Shown: positions 35,318 to 43,902, counted from the stretch's first letter. The stretch is DNA of 45,003 nucleotides from Terriglobia bacterium (GCA_040003745.1 JBDUBZ010000001.1:1-45003), one strand, 5' to 3'. The notes: generated by a model not told the origin, from the letters alone. A program made the numbers and translations.

Positions 35318-36319
35318 ATGCAGCGCCGCGGCTTTCTCTTCGCGGGCGCCGGAGCGCTTTCGTGCGCCCGCGACAAGCGGCCGCGGCTCAACGTTTATAA
35401 CTGGTCGGCCTACATCGATCCCGCGATGCTGGCGCGCTTTGAAGCCGAGCGGGGCATTCGTATCCGCTACGGCACCTATGAGAGCAATGAAGAGATGCTG
35501 GCGAAAATCGCCAGCGGAAATTCAGGCTGGGACGTGGTCTTTCCCACCCACAGCCGCCTCGCGCCCATGGCGGCTCATGGGTTGATCGCACCGCTCGATC
35601 ACAGGCGGCTGCCGGGCCTGCAAAATCTCGACGTAAGGTTCCAACGCCCCGTGTGGGATCCGACCATTCAATGGGGCGTCCCCTACATGTGGAACGCCAC
35701 CGGGATCGCGTATAACAAGGCGGAAGTGCCCCAGCCGCACGGATGGGAGGCCCTGTGGTCCCCCGCGCTGCGCGGTCGCATGACCATGCTCGACGATCCC
35801 GAAGACGTGATCGGTGCTTGTCTCGAAAAGCTGCACTTCCCCTTCAGTTCCGGAGACGAAGCTCAATTGACGGCCGCCGCAGCCGAAGCCATTCGACAAA
35901 AGCCACTGCTGCGCGGTTATATCAACGCGGAAGTTCGCGATCAGCTCACCGCCGGCGATGTTCTCGCCTGTCAGCTTTGGTCCACTACCGCGGCCCAGGC
36001 CATAAGGGCCAACCGCAATCTGGGTTTTGCGTTCCCGGAAGAAGGCTATCCGCTCTACTGCGATTGCGCTGTGGTGTTGCGGGAAAGCACCCGTTATGAG
36101 CTCGCTCACGAATTCTTAGATTTTCTCCTCAGGCCCGACGTAGCACTGGCTAACTCCCGGGTTGCCGATACCGCCACAGCTGTTAAAGTCGATGACTCTC
36201 ACGACGTTGTACTGTATCCACCAGGAAGTATTTACAGGACTGGCGTGTGGGTGGCCGCTTTGCCGGTTCAGGCGCAGAAGATACGCGACATCCTCTGGAC
36301 GCGGATCAAGGCAGTATGA
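35318..36319 (+). CDS. potD: Polyamine-type periplasmic substrate-binding protein (PotD/PotF-like)
   Basis: The LNVYNWSAYIDP..., WDVVFPT and VPYMWNATGIAYN motifs are typical of PotD/F. Confidence 0.75.
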   Translation: MQRRGFLFAGAGALSCARDKRPRLNVYNWSAYIDPAMLARFEAERGIRIRYGTYESNEEMLAKIASGNSGWDVVFPTHSRLAPMAAHGLIAPLDHRRLPGLQNLDVRFQRPVWDPTIQWGVPYMWNATGIAYNKAEVPQPHGWEALWSPALRGRMTMLDDPEDVIGACLEKLHFPFSSGDEAQLTAAAAEAIRQKPLLRGYINAEVRDQLTAGDVLACQLWSTTAAQAIRANRNLGFAFPEEGYPLYCDCAVVLRESTRYELAHEFLDFLLRPDVALANSRVADTATAVKVDDSHDVVLYPPGSIYRTGVWVAALPVQAQKIRDILWTRIKAV

Positions 36320-36555
36320 GCTTATTTATACCTTTGATCGCGCCAGTTTTTCTTCTCTCGTAGTAGTTCTGATTCTCGTGACCTGCATAAGCGACACTGG
36401 TGCTTTCTAATGTGCGGAGTCGCGCATAGTGCAGGTTCTAGCTCATTGTTCCGAACTGCCTCTTTAACCTAAAATTGAAGGAGAGTTGCTTCCTTCAGGA
36501 GAAGCTAAGTCAATAGCACTTTTAAGGGATGCAATCAGTAAGGAGAAGTCGCAAC

Positions 36556-37329
36556 GTGAAAATATTTTCAATACAAAAATCGGTCTTATATCTGGTTGCC
36601 TTTGGAGGCAGTTTATTCATACCAGGCGCTTTCGGGGCTGCTATCGTGGGCACTCTGCAAATCGGAAACGGAGTGGTTGCGGTCAACGGGTCGCCTGTCA
36701 GCGGCTGCATCGACTTTTACAACCTCAACCCAGGCTGCGGGACACCTGGCATGTTTACTGTGAATGCTCCGCCTGACGGCGTCTTTGCTGCCGCGCTCGG
36801 TACCAGCGACAACGTTATCAAAGACATGCAGCAGACATTTCCGATTGCCAAGTTTATTTCCCTGCCGAGCATAAACGTATTCTTCGATCTCCCCTCTCTT
36901 ACTGTGAATCCGTTTATTGCGGGGGATTGCAGCGCCACCGCGACGGGGATCAATCAATCCTGCTCGCCTGCCGGATCGCCGTTCACCATCGTAAACAGCA
37001 CCACGATGGATGCCAATGGCAAAGCCAACAGCGCGACCGTCAAGCTGGACGTCAATCTGTTCGGATACCAGGGGACGACGGCTGATGGCATGACCGGGTA
37101 CCGGGGAACGTTCACAACACAAATCACACTGGTCGATGGGGGCAGTGCCAACATTGCGACCATACTGGCAGCTCTCAACAAGGGCGAAACACTCTCGGGC
37201 AATTCCTATTCGGCAACGCTTTCGCCGAACGGCGTCATACCGGAGCCCGGCTCCTGGGTCATGCTCTTGACCGGGATTGGAATGCTGGCCATCGGGATGA
37301 TAGCGAAGCGCCGCGCTTCGCGCGTCTGA
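36556..37329 (+). CDS. PEP-CTERM sorting-domain protein
   Basis: C-terminal VIPEPGSWVMLLTGIGMLAIGMIAKRRASRV (PEP motif, TM segment, basic tail). Start chosen at GTG 36556, 7 nt after AAGGAGAAG. N-terminal signal sequence present. Confidence 0.8.
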   Translation: MKIFSIQKSVLYLVAFGGSLFIPGAFGAAIVGTLQIGNGVVAVNGSPVSGCIDFYNLNPGCGTPGMFTVNAPPDGVFAAALGTSDNVIKDMQQTFPIAKFISLPSINVFFDLPSLTVNPFIAGDCSATATGINQSCSPAGSPFTIVNSTTMDANGKANSATVKLDVNLFGYQGTTADGMTGYRGTFTTQITLVDGGSANIATILAALNKGETLSGNSYSATLSPNGVIPEPGSWVMLLTGIGMLAIGMIAKRRASRV

Positions 37330-37368
37330 CCGCGTTCACGAGGCTGAAAGAAAGCCGCCCGGCGGATG

Positions 37369-37407
37369 ATGAACAGGGGTGAAATATCCCCTGTTCATTT
37401 TTGTTTT
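37369..37407. terminator. Bidirectional intrinsic terminator between the PEP-CTERM gene and the glycosyltransferase gene
   Basis: Perfect 11-bp stem: ATGAACAGGGG (37369-37379) with CCCCTGTTCAT (37388-37398), and an 8-nt loop. It is followed by TTTTTGTTTT on the plus strand. The right arm contains the glycosyltransferase stop codon (37395-37397). Confidence 0.75.
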
Positions 37408-38645
37408 GTGACGTTCACGATCGTGTCGGCTGCGGCCTTAGTGCCGCCCGCTGTCCGGATGCTCTCCGCGATGCGCCGGGCGTTTGCGGCGAACGACTCC
37501 CCTGCCAGCACTTTGCGCACGGCTTCTCGAAGACGGCCGGGATTCAGCGACCCGAAGGAAACAATCTCTCCAGCGCCCGTGTATCTCAACCTTTCCGCAA
37601 TGGCAGGTTGTTCGTAGGTAATTGGAATCGCCACCGCCGGTACTCCGCAGCTCAGGGAATCGAGCACCGTGTTCAGCCCGGCGTGCGTAATCGTAAGACG
37701 CGCGCGGGCGAGCACTTCCAGTTGCGGCGCATAGCCAACCACCAATGGTCCGCGCGGGAGCGCAGCTACGTCGGCCTCCGTCAGGCCTCCGCCGTGTGTG
37801 ACGACCAGTTGAACATCAAGGTCCGCACAAGCCTCCGCAAAGCAACGGAACACTGGCAGACGATTGTTTTGGAGTGTTCCGAGCGAGGCATAGATCAAGG
37901 GGCGGCCATCGAGCCTTTCCCAGGGAAACGGAATCGGCGCGGGCAGCGGTCCCCGAAGCGGACCGGCGTAATGAAAGTTTGCAGGCAGCCGGCTCCGGGG
38001 ATAATCGAACAGCTTTGGTTGCTGACTGATCTGTGCCAATGGTGAAAAGGTCTCTTCCATCGTCGCCATTGGGCGCAAGCCCCAGTCCCGGCGGCAGCCG
38101 TTCAGGATGGTCGTGACCGGTTTCAAAAACCGGTCGGATATCGCATATCCCAGACGATTCCGTGCGCGCCCAAACCACGAGTCGTTATAACTCCAGTCTG
38201 CAAACGCGGGCGGAAGAGACGGCTCCCGGTTGAGCGCTAATGCGTTGCACACAGTTACAAAAGGTAAGTCCAGATATTCCGCTATCGAGCCCCCCGCCCC
38301 TTCGGTCTGATCCACGAGCAGCGCTGTAACGCCGGCGTTCCCGATCGCCCGCGGCCCGTCCCGAAGCATCATCTCAGTGGTTTCGGCGATCATACGGATT
38401 GTGAATCGCAGGGCGGCGAGGCCCTGATAGCGGCTGAGTTGAGCCAGCGCCACCGGCAATGAACCGGCAGGATGGCTGCCGCGTCCCACCGAAATGTATT
38501 CGAGGCCTTCGCGCCGCGCCCGCTCCTCAAGATCGGGCATGTGAATCAGCGAAACGCGATGGCCCCTGCCGATGAGTTCACGTCCAAGCGCGCCGAACGG
38601 ATGCAGATGACCGGGGACGGGCGGGCTGATGATCCCGAAATGCAA
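37395..38645 (-). CDS. GT1-family glycosyltransferase (MGT/UDP-glycosyltransferase type, CrtX-like)
   Basis: N-terminal GIISPPVPGHLHPFGALGRELIGRGHRV. C-terminal nucleotide-sugar motif THAGLNTVLDSLSCGVPAVAIPITYEQPAIAERL. Start chosen at TTG 38645 (LHFGII...), 1 nt after the desaturase stop. The longer track ORF to 38918 overlaps the upstream gene. Confidence 0.8.
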   Translation of the reverse strand: MHFGIISPPVPGHLHPFGALGRELIGRGHRVSLIHMPDLEERARREGLEYISVGRGSHPAGSLPVALAQLSRYQGLAALRFTIRMIAETTEMMLRDGPRAIGNAGVTALLVDQTEGAGGSIAEYLDLPFVTVCNALALNREPSLPPAFADWSYNDSWFGRARNRLGYAISDRFLKPVTTILNGCRRDWGLRPMATMEETFSPLAQISQQPKLFDYPRSRLPANFHYAGPLRGPLPAPIPFPWERLDGRPLIYASLGTLQNNRLPVFRCFAEACADLDVQLVVTHGGGLTEADVAALPRGPLVVGYAPQLEVLARARLTITHAGLNTVLDSLSCGVPAVAIPITYEQPAIAERLRYTGAGEIVSFGSLNPGRLREAVRKVLAGESFAANARRIAESIRTAGGTKAAADTIVNVTKQK

Positions 38646-38646
38646 A

Positions 38647-39702
38647 TCAATCTCTCGCTTTGCCCGCGATAAGGCCGTGCAGAGCGCGATACAGGCTCGC
38701 GCTGCGGGTTGTGCAATAACTCGAATCCGGCGGCAGAGCCGCTCGCAATCGCCGGTGGGCCGCGGCCAGATTGTGATACGGAATGCCGGGAAAGTAATGG
38801 TGCAGCGCGTGATAGCGCAAGCCAACCGGTGCCCAGAGTTCAGTCCACAGGCGCCCGGGGACATCGACCGAATCGCGCAGCTGTCCTTCGCGGTCGAGCG
38901 GCCCGCCCTCGCTCTCATAGCGGTGCGCCGCCAGCGTGCGAAGGGTGTTCAGGAAACTCGCAGCGCTCACGACTGCGAACCACGTCACGAAAACACGCAT
39001 CGGAAGTAACGCGGCCGCCACAGCCCACAGCAGCAGCAGCAGCGCCGTGTCCCGCCGGATCTTCCGCATCAATTCCGGTGTGACCTCGCGGCGGTACGCC
39101 AAATTCATCGTGAGAGCCGAAGCGTGCCTGGCCAGCCAGCGCTGCAATCGCGGAATCAGAAGACTGAGGGGGCCCACGACCAGAAAGCGCACCAACAGCG
39201 CCGCTGGAATCAGAAAACTCTCGAGGGCGAAGACCACGGTCATGCCGCGTGAACGCGCGAACGGAAGATACTCCGGATCTCCCGACGTGCCGTAGCTTGA
39301 AAGGCTGTGATGCGCCTGATGAACACCCACGTACATGAAGGATGGCATCAGCAATGGAAACCCCGCGAGCAGGTTCCAGGTCGTCTCAAACCCGCTCAGC
39401 GCGCTTCGCTTTATATGGCTGATCTCGTGCAGAAAGCACAACGCGCGATAGAGAGCCAGCACGGCAACGGTTCCGAAGATCGGTGTGGCGATTGAAACCG
39501 GCCGCGCGGCGGCGTAACCAAATGAGACCCAGCCGACACACGCGCTCAGGATCAGATCGGGCCAGTAGAAAGCCGGGCGCGGAATGTGCAAGTCCCGTAC
39601 CAGACTTTTCGCGTGACGGTCTGCCTGGTCGAAAGGCATTGACTCGACGGCCGGGGACTCAAAGCCCGTTGACCTCACAGCATTGACCTTCACAACGCCC
39701 AT
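38647..39702 (-). CDS. Membrane fatty-acid-desaturase-family di-iron enzyme (desaturase/hydroxylase)
   Basis: Three His boxes (HEISH, HQAHH, HALHHYFPGIPYHNL) and several TM segments. The ATG lies 1 nt after the upstream gene's TAA. Confidence 0.75.
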   Translation of the reverse strand: MGVVKVNAVRSTGFESPAVESMPFDQADRHAKSLVRDLHIPRPAFYWPDLILSACVGWVSFGYAAARPVSIATPIFGTVAVLALYRALCFLHEISHIKRSALSGFETTWNLLAGFPLLMPSFMYVGVHQAHHSLSSYGTSGDPEYLPFARSRGMTVVFALESFLIPAALLVRFLVVGPLSLLIPRLQRWLARHASALTMNLAYRREVTPELMRKIRRDTALLLLLWAVAAALLPMRVFVTWFAVVSAASFLNTLRTLAAHRYESEGGPLDREGQLRDSVDVPGRLWTELWAPVGLRYHALHHYFPGIPYHNLAAAHRRLRAALPPDSSYCTTRSASLYRALHGLIAGKARD

Positions 39703-39703
39703 T

Positions 39704-41239
39704 TTACGGTTTGGCCTGAAGATAGCGCCCCGGCGCGAGGATATTGTTGGGATCGACGGCCCGCTTCAGCGTCCGCAGCAATGCGCTGCCGCCATTCATC
39801 GACTGAATGCCGAGCCGATAGGGGTAAAACCCGCGCTCCGCCAGCGCAGCTTCCGTGGCGCGATAACAAGCCATCGCGCGCTCGTCTTCACCTTGCACCT
39901 CGCGGTCATAGGCAATGGAGATGACGCACGCGACGGATCTTTCCGTGATCATCGTGAGCGAAATGAGCGGTTCAAAGCCGTGCGCCAGCAGCGTGCTTTC
40001 GGCGATACCCACGAGTTCGGAAACGCTTGCGCCTTCCGCCGGAGCCACGGGCGCGAGCCAGATCAGGCCGCACCGGTCGCGATCGGGATTGGGGTCGGCC
40101 GGCGCCGGCGTCTTCTTGCGCCAGTACGCGCTCCCAAGCATAGCCGTGGTGGGTTCGCCCTTCATAAGCCCAAAGACAGGCCGTACGATTTCGAGCGTCT
40201 TCGAAAGATCGAGGCCCGTTGCCCAGCGATACGGGCGCGAAAACCGGGCAGCCAGCGCGAGCGTACGGTCGTCCAGAAACTGAATCTTCGAAACTTTCCC
40301 CTTCAACGCCCGCCGCAGCATCCGCCTCGCCTCGGCCACCTGCGCGCGCGTGCCGTAAAGCGCTCCCGAGCCGTTCCATCGCCCGAACTTCAGCTTCGCC
40401 GCGTAGCCTTTCATCGTCTCCGGCATTAGCGGCGTTGTTTCGCCTTCGGGAAACTGCTGCAGGCCATTCAGCACTTTATAGTCGTTCGCAATGTGAACCG
40501 TGCTGCGCAGCGTACCGTTCATCCGCAGGGGCCGCAGCGCGTCTATGAACTCTCCAAGCGCTTTCTGTTCGGGCGATTGAAAGAACCACGCCTGGAAGTA
40601 TTCGGGCGCCGGCATCAGCCAGATCGACATTCGCATTACGATGCCCAGATTCGATTGCGAGAAAAGTCCGTCGAGCGATGGGCCTGAACCCCACCGGTAC
40701 ACCTCCGCCGCCTTCGCCTGAGGCATTCCCGCGAACCCTGTTCCGGCAATCTCGCCACTGGGAAGAACCACCTGCAAGCCGCAGACGTTCGCGAAATGGT
40801 CGCCGTAAGGGGTATGGCCGAACCCGCGCTCCACTGCGTTTCCAATCAGGCTGCAATCCGGGCTCGAACCCGTCGCGTCCATCCACAGCCCCGAGCCGCG
40901 CTCTTTCAGGAACGCAAAAAGCTGCCGCTGCGTGACGCCCGGCTCCACCGTCACGTAGCCCAGCCGCTCGTTAAGCTCCACAATGCGATTGATGCGGCTG
41001 AGATCGAGCAGCACGCACCCATCGGCAGGTGGGACTCTCGACCCATAGCCCCAGTTCCTGCCACTGCTCACGGGATAAACGGGCGTGCCGCTGCGATTCG
41101 CCTCACGCATGCACTCCTGTACTTCCTCGAGAGAACGCGGCTGCAGAATTCCGCGAATCGACTGGGTGGTGAAAAACGTGGCCGTCTGCGCCTCGCAAAG
41201 ACGCTGAGTATCCGTATCGGCGGGAAGGCTGGGGCTCAC
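39704..41239 (-). CDS. FAD-binding oxidoreductase, VAO/PCMH family
   Basis: PCMH-type FAD-binding domain (PRSLEEVQECMREANRSGTPVYPVSSGRNWGYGS...LDLSRINRIVELNERLGYVTVEPGVT). C-terminal RAVDPNNILAPG. GTG start at 41239. Confidence 0.8.
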   Translation of the reverse strand: MSPSLPADTDTQRLCEAQTATFFTTQSIRGILQPRSLEEVQECMREANRSGTPVYPVSSGRNWGYGSRVPPADGCVLLDLSRINRIVELNERLGYVTVEPGVTQRQLFAFLKERGSGLWMDATGSSPDCSLIGNAVERGFGHTPYGDHFANVCGLQVVLPSGEIAGTGFAGMPQAKAAEVYRWGSGPSLDGLFSQSNLGIVMRMSIWLMPAPEYFQAWFFQSPEQKALGEFIDALRPLRMNGTLRSTVHIANDYKVLNGLQQFPEGETTPLMPETMKGYAAKLKFGRWNGSGALYGTRAQVAEARRMLRRALKGKVSKIQFLDDRTLALAARFSRPYRWATGLDLSKTLEIVRPVFGLMKGEPTTAMLGSAYWRKKTPAPADPNPDRDRCGLIWLAPVAPAEGASVSELVGIAESTLLAHGFEPLISLTMITERSVACVISIAYDREVQGEDERAMACYRATEAALAERGFYPYRLGIQSMNGGSALLRTLKRAVDPNNILAPGRYLQAKP

Positions 41240-41257
41240 GTCCTTGAATATAGCTGC

Positions 41258-42109
41258 TCAGGCCGCCAGTCGCATGCCGCCCGGCGCTATTTCGGACACT
41301 GCCGCGAGAGAGGGAACCCCGCTGATGACCCGCCGCCGCGAAGGGCGCTCGGGGCATATCACCGGAACTGCCGCGAGCGTCCGGCGGATGCACTCGATCG
41401 AATCTTCATAACGAGGGTTCGGTTTGCGCGAATCGTAGCGAAGCATGTGCATCCGACAGTCGTAGTGGGCGTCGTAATAGGGTGGAATCTCCGTGCCAGC
41501 CCACTGCACCGAACCGCCGCCCAGCCGGCGCAGGATCGATGCCGAGCCATTTCTCTCCGTGGCGGTGCTGAGCCCGATGGCTCCGCCGATCAGGCGGGAC
41601 CATGCATACGTCACCAGTACGCTCCGCAGACACTCGGCCGTGCAGCGAATTTCGGGTGCGATCGCCCAGCCGCCTACTTCTACAAACGAGCATCCACGCC
41701 TGCGGGCCAGCCAAAGGTCATCTTCCACCCCGGCCCGTGTTATGGTTCCCCATGCATCGGATAAAGCGAGTGAGCTTTGGCTGACGCAAAGGTCGTCGAA
41801 GCGTGTTCCGGTTCCGTGCTGAAGATAGCGAGTACATCCGAGAACCTCGCCTGCCCTGCCCAGCGTCAACAGATGCCAGCTCTGATCGTCCGTAGGCAGG
41901 ATGTGGCGCCCGTCCCGTGAAAGCTGTTCTTTAGTGATTGCGCCGTCTTCCAGATAAAGCCGGCCCCGCAGGCGCTGCATTTTCGATTTCAACGAATCGT
42001 ATAAGGTGTAATTCTGGCGCGCGGCGGAAAAAACGCCCCGCGTGTCTACCCCAGCCGGCGCCAAAAAAGCAAGAGACCGACGGCTAGTACCGGGCATGGA
42101 AACGTTCAA
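41258..42109 (-). CDS. GNAT-fold acyltransferase resembling LuxI/FeeM-type N-acyl amino acid (autoinducer-like) synthases
   Basis: The pattern LRGRLYLEDGAI...DGRHILPTDDQSWHLL...EVLGCTRYL...VEVGGWAI...ATERNGSASILRRLGG...YYDAHYDCRMHML matches the layout of the autoinducer-synthase/NAS superfamily. The assignment is by eye only. TTG 42109 lies 11 nt after GGAGGA; the alternative is ATG 42097. Confidence 0.45.
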   Translation of the reverse strand: MNVSMPGTSRRSLAFLAPAGVDTRGVFSAARQNYTLYDSLKSKMQRLRGRLYLEDGAITKEQLSRDGRHILPTDDQSWHLLTLGRAGEVLGCTRYLQHGTGTRFDDLCVSQSSLALSDAWGTITRAGVEDDLWLARRRGCSFVEVGGWAIAPEIRCTAECLRSVLVTYAWSRLIGGAIGLSTATERNGSASILRRLGGGSVQWAGTEIPPYYDAHYDCRMHMLRYDSRKPNPRYEDSIECIRRTLAAVPVICPERPSRRRVISGVPSLAAVSEIAPGGMRLAA

Positions 42110-42392
42110 AATATTACGATTCCTCCACTAGAATTGTATGTTTTAGTACACATATAGTCGGACGTGAAAAACTCGCAACTTTATTTTGGTTCCATAAAAA
42201 TATTGGAATTCGGATCGGAATTGTGATCTGTTACACAGTTTGGCTATCTAACTTGCACCATAGTACGGGTACCAGGCACTCCGGTCAATCCCTTAAATAC
42301 GGAATATTGCGTGTTTTCTGAATTAATATTCACTTCTCCGGATAAACGATGACATAGTCGCACTATTTAGGTAATTACAAATACATAAAACA
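42110..42392. other. AT-rich (about 36% GC by hand count) non-coding region upstream of the 4-gene operon
   Basis: I hand-counted 102 G+C in 280 nt (42111-42390), against visibly GC-rich flanks. No convincing ORF. Confidence 0.8.
42222..42237. promoter_or_regulatory. CRP/FNR-family-like palindrome TGTGATCTGTTACACA
   Basis: TGTGA-N6-ACACA compared with the CRP consensus TGTGA-N6-TCACA (9 of 10 core positions). It is flanked by AAT/GTT and centred about 120 nt upstream of the operon start codon. Confidence 0.35.
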
Positions 42393-42673
42393 ATGCTACG
42401 ACTCGATCTGGGCGCTGCTTTTGTGACAGTCTTTGAGGTCGTCGAGCTCGTAGTTCCGAATTTCCGGAACTTGAGCGCGCCACCTCTCTACTATTTCGCC
42501 ATCAGCCTGTTTACTTCTTCTGTCTACAGCGTGCGGGAGGTTGGATTTGCGTGCGCATCGCCGCACAGAGGAGGCATGCCCGCCATCTGGCTGGGGGCAA
42601 GTCTGGCAACACGCCGGGTGCGAGTCACCTCCGTGCCAAACCCAAAGGCCCGCGCCGCGGCAGGGGCTGAGGT

Positions 42674-43354
42674 TCATTTGCCCAGAAGGTCGGGGCGCCA
42701 CTTTTTGGTCTTCTCGATAGCGGCCAGCCCCCGCCATTTGCGAATTTCCGCGTGATTACCGCTGAGCAGGATCTCGGGAGCTTTCCATCCCCGGAAATCC
42801 GCAGGCCTGGTCCATTGCGGGCAGTCGAGAATGCCTTCCTCGAAGGATTCGTTGACCGACGATTCGCTGTTTCCCAGCACCCCCGGCAGAAGTCGCGCTA
42901 CGGCATCGATCACAACGGCCGCGGCCAGTTCACCGCCGCTCAGCACGAAATCTCCAATGGAGATCTCGTCGTCTGCCAGATGCTCCGCCACGCGTTCATC
43001 CACGCCTTCGTAACGCCCGCAGATCAGCAGCAGTTCTTCGCAGGCGAGAAATTCGCGCGCTACGTGCCGGTCGAAGCGGCGGCCCTGCGCGGAGAGCAGA
43101 ACCACCCGGCGCTGGGGAGTTCGCTCCGGCCAGATACTTTCCACCGCGCTGAAGATGGGCTCGGGCTTGAGCAGCATACCCTCGCCGCCGCCGAAGGGCC
43201 GGTCGTCCACCGTGCGATGCACGTCGTGCGTCCAGTTGCGAAGATCGTGGATGGCGATCGAGAGAATTCCGGTCTGCGCGCCCCGCGCCACCACGCCATG
43301 CTGAAACGGCCCGGTGAAGAACTCGGGGAATATGGTGAGCAGGTGAAACTTCAT
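42674..43354 (-). CDS. trmD: tRNA (guanine37-N1)-methyltransferase
   Basis: ICGRYEGVDERV, SIGDFVLSGGELAA and GNHAEIRKWR motifs. Confidence 0.9.
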   Translation of the reverse strand: MKFHLLTIFPEFFTGPFQHGVVARGAQTGILSIAIHDLRNWTHDVHRTVDDRPFGGGEGMLLKPEPIFSAVESIWPERTPQRRVVLLSAQGRRFDRHVAREFLACEELLLICGRYEGVDERVAEHLADDEISIGDFVLSGGELAAAVVIDAVARLLPGVLGNSESSVNESFEEGILDCPQWTRPADFRGWKAPEILLSGNHAEIRKWRGLAAIEKTKKWRPDLLGK

Positions 43355-43902
43355 TCCTGCGTGAGAGTCTCGAGGCCTTCGGGCAGCGCCACACGGATCA
43401 GGCGCTCGGCCGGGCGAATATCCGTACAGATCGCTTTGACAAAAGGAATCAGCAGGCGGCCGTCATCGATTTCGAGCATAGAAGGCCCGCCGTAATCGTC
43501 GAAGCCCGTTACCACACCGATTTCGCGATCCGACACGGCATCGAGCACTCTGCAGCCCACCAGGTCCGAATGGAAGTATTCGCCCGGATCGAGCGCCACC
43601 CGCTCCCTGCCGGGCACGCGCACTTCGAGACCGCGCAGTTTTTCCGCGTCGTCGATGGAATCGACGCCCTTAAATTTGAAAATGAGCGTACCCTGGTGGT
43701 CCCAGACGCTCTCGATCTCAAAAGGCCTGCCATCTCCGGTTTCCCCAAACAACTGGACGAGTTTCAGACCGGGAAACCGATCCGGCTTACTCGAAAGAGA
43801 ATGCGCGGTCACTTCGCCCTTGTTGCCCCGCGCGCGTCCCAGAACGGCGATGGTCACCCATTCAGGAACAACCAACCCGCCCGGTGCGGCGTCGTTATTC
43901 AA
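43351..43902 (-). CDS. rimM: 16S rRNA processing protein RimM
   Basis: RGNKGEV motif and a PRC-barrel C-terminus. 4-nt overlap with trmD. Confidence 0.85.
   Translation of the reverse strand: MNNDAAPGGLVVPEWVTIAVLGRARGNKGEVTAHSLSSKPDRFPGLKLVQLFGETGDGRPFEIESVWDHQGTLIFKFKGVDSIDDAEKLRGLEVRVPGRERVALDPGEYFHSDLVGCRVLDAVSDREIGVVTGFDDYGGPSMLEIDDGRLLIPFVKAICTDIRPAERLIRVALPEGLETLTQE

Noticed and set aside
38646-38918. Long N-terminal extension of the glycosyltransferase ORF (507 aa form)
   Set aside because: It overlaps the 3' end of the desaturase gene and translates as Arg/Cys-rich sequence. GT1 enzymes begin at the GxxSxPxxGH motif, which starts right at TTG 38645.
40796-41764. 322 aa plus-strand ORF spanning the junction of the FAD oxidase and acyltransferase genes
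   Set aside because: Low-complexity Arg/Ala/Pro-rich translation. It crosses an intergenic gap of the minus-strand operon and has no motifs.
42440-42500. L19 (rplS)-like stretch IVERWRAQVPEIRNYE on the minus strand
   Set aside because: The similarity is limited to a few residues. None of the three frames continues with the GDTV.V..KV.EG..ERIQ core of L19. It is too weak to call even a pseudogene.
42393-42755. 120 aa plus-strand ORF overlapping the trmD 3' end
   Set aside because: It has no motifs and overlaps trmD by 82 nt in antisense. Its composition is not protein-like.
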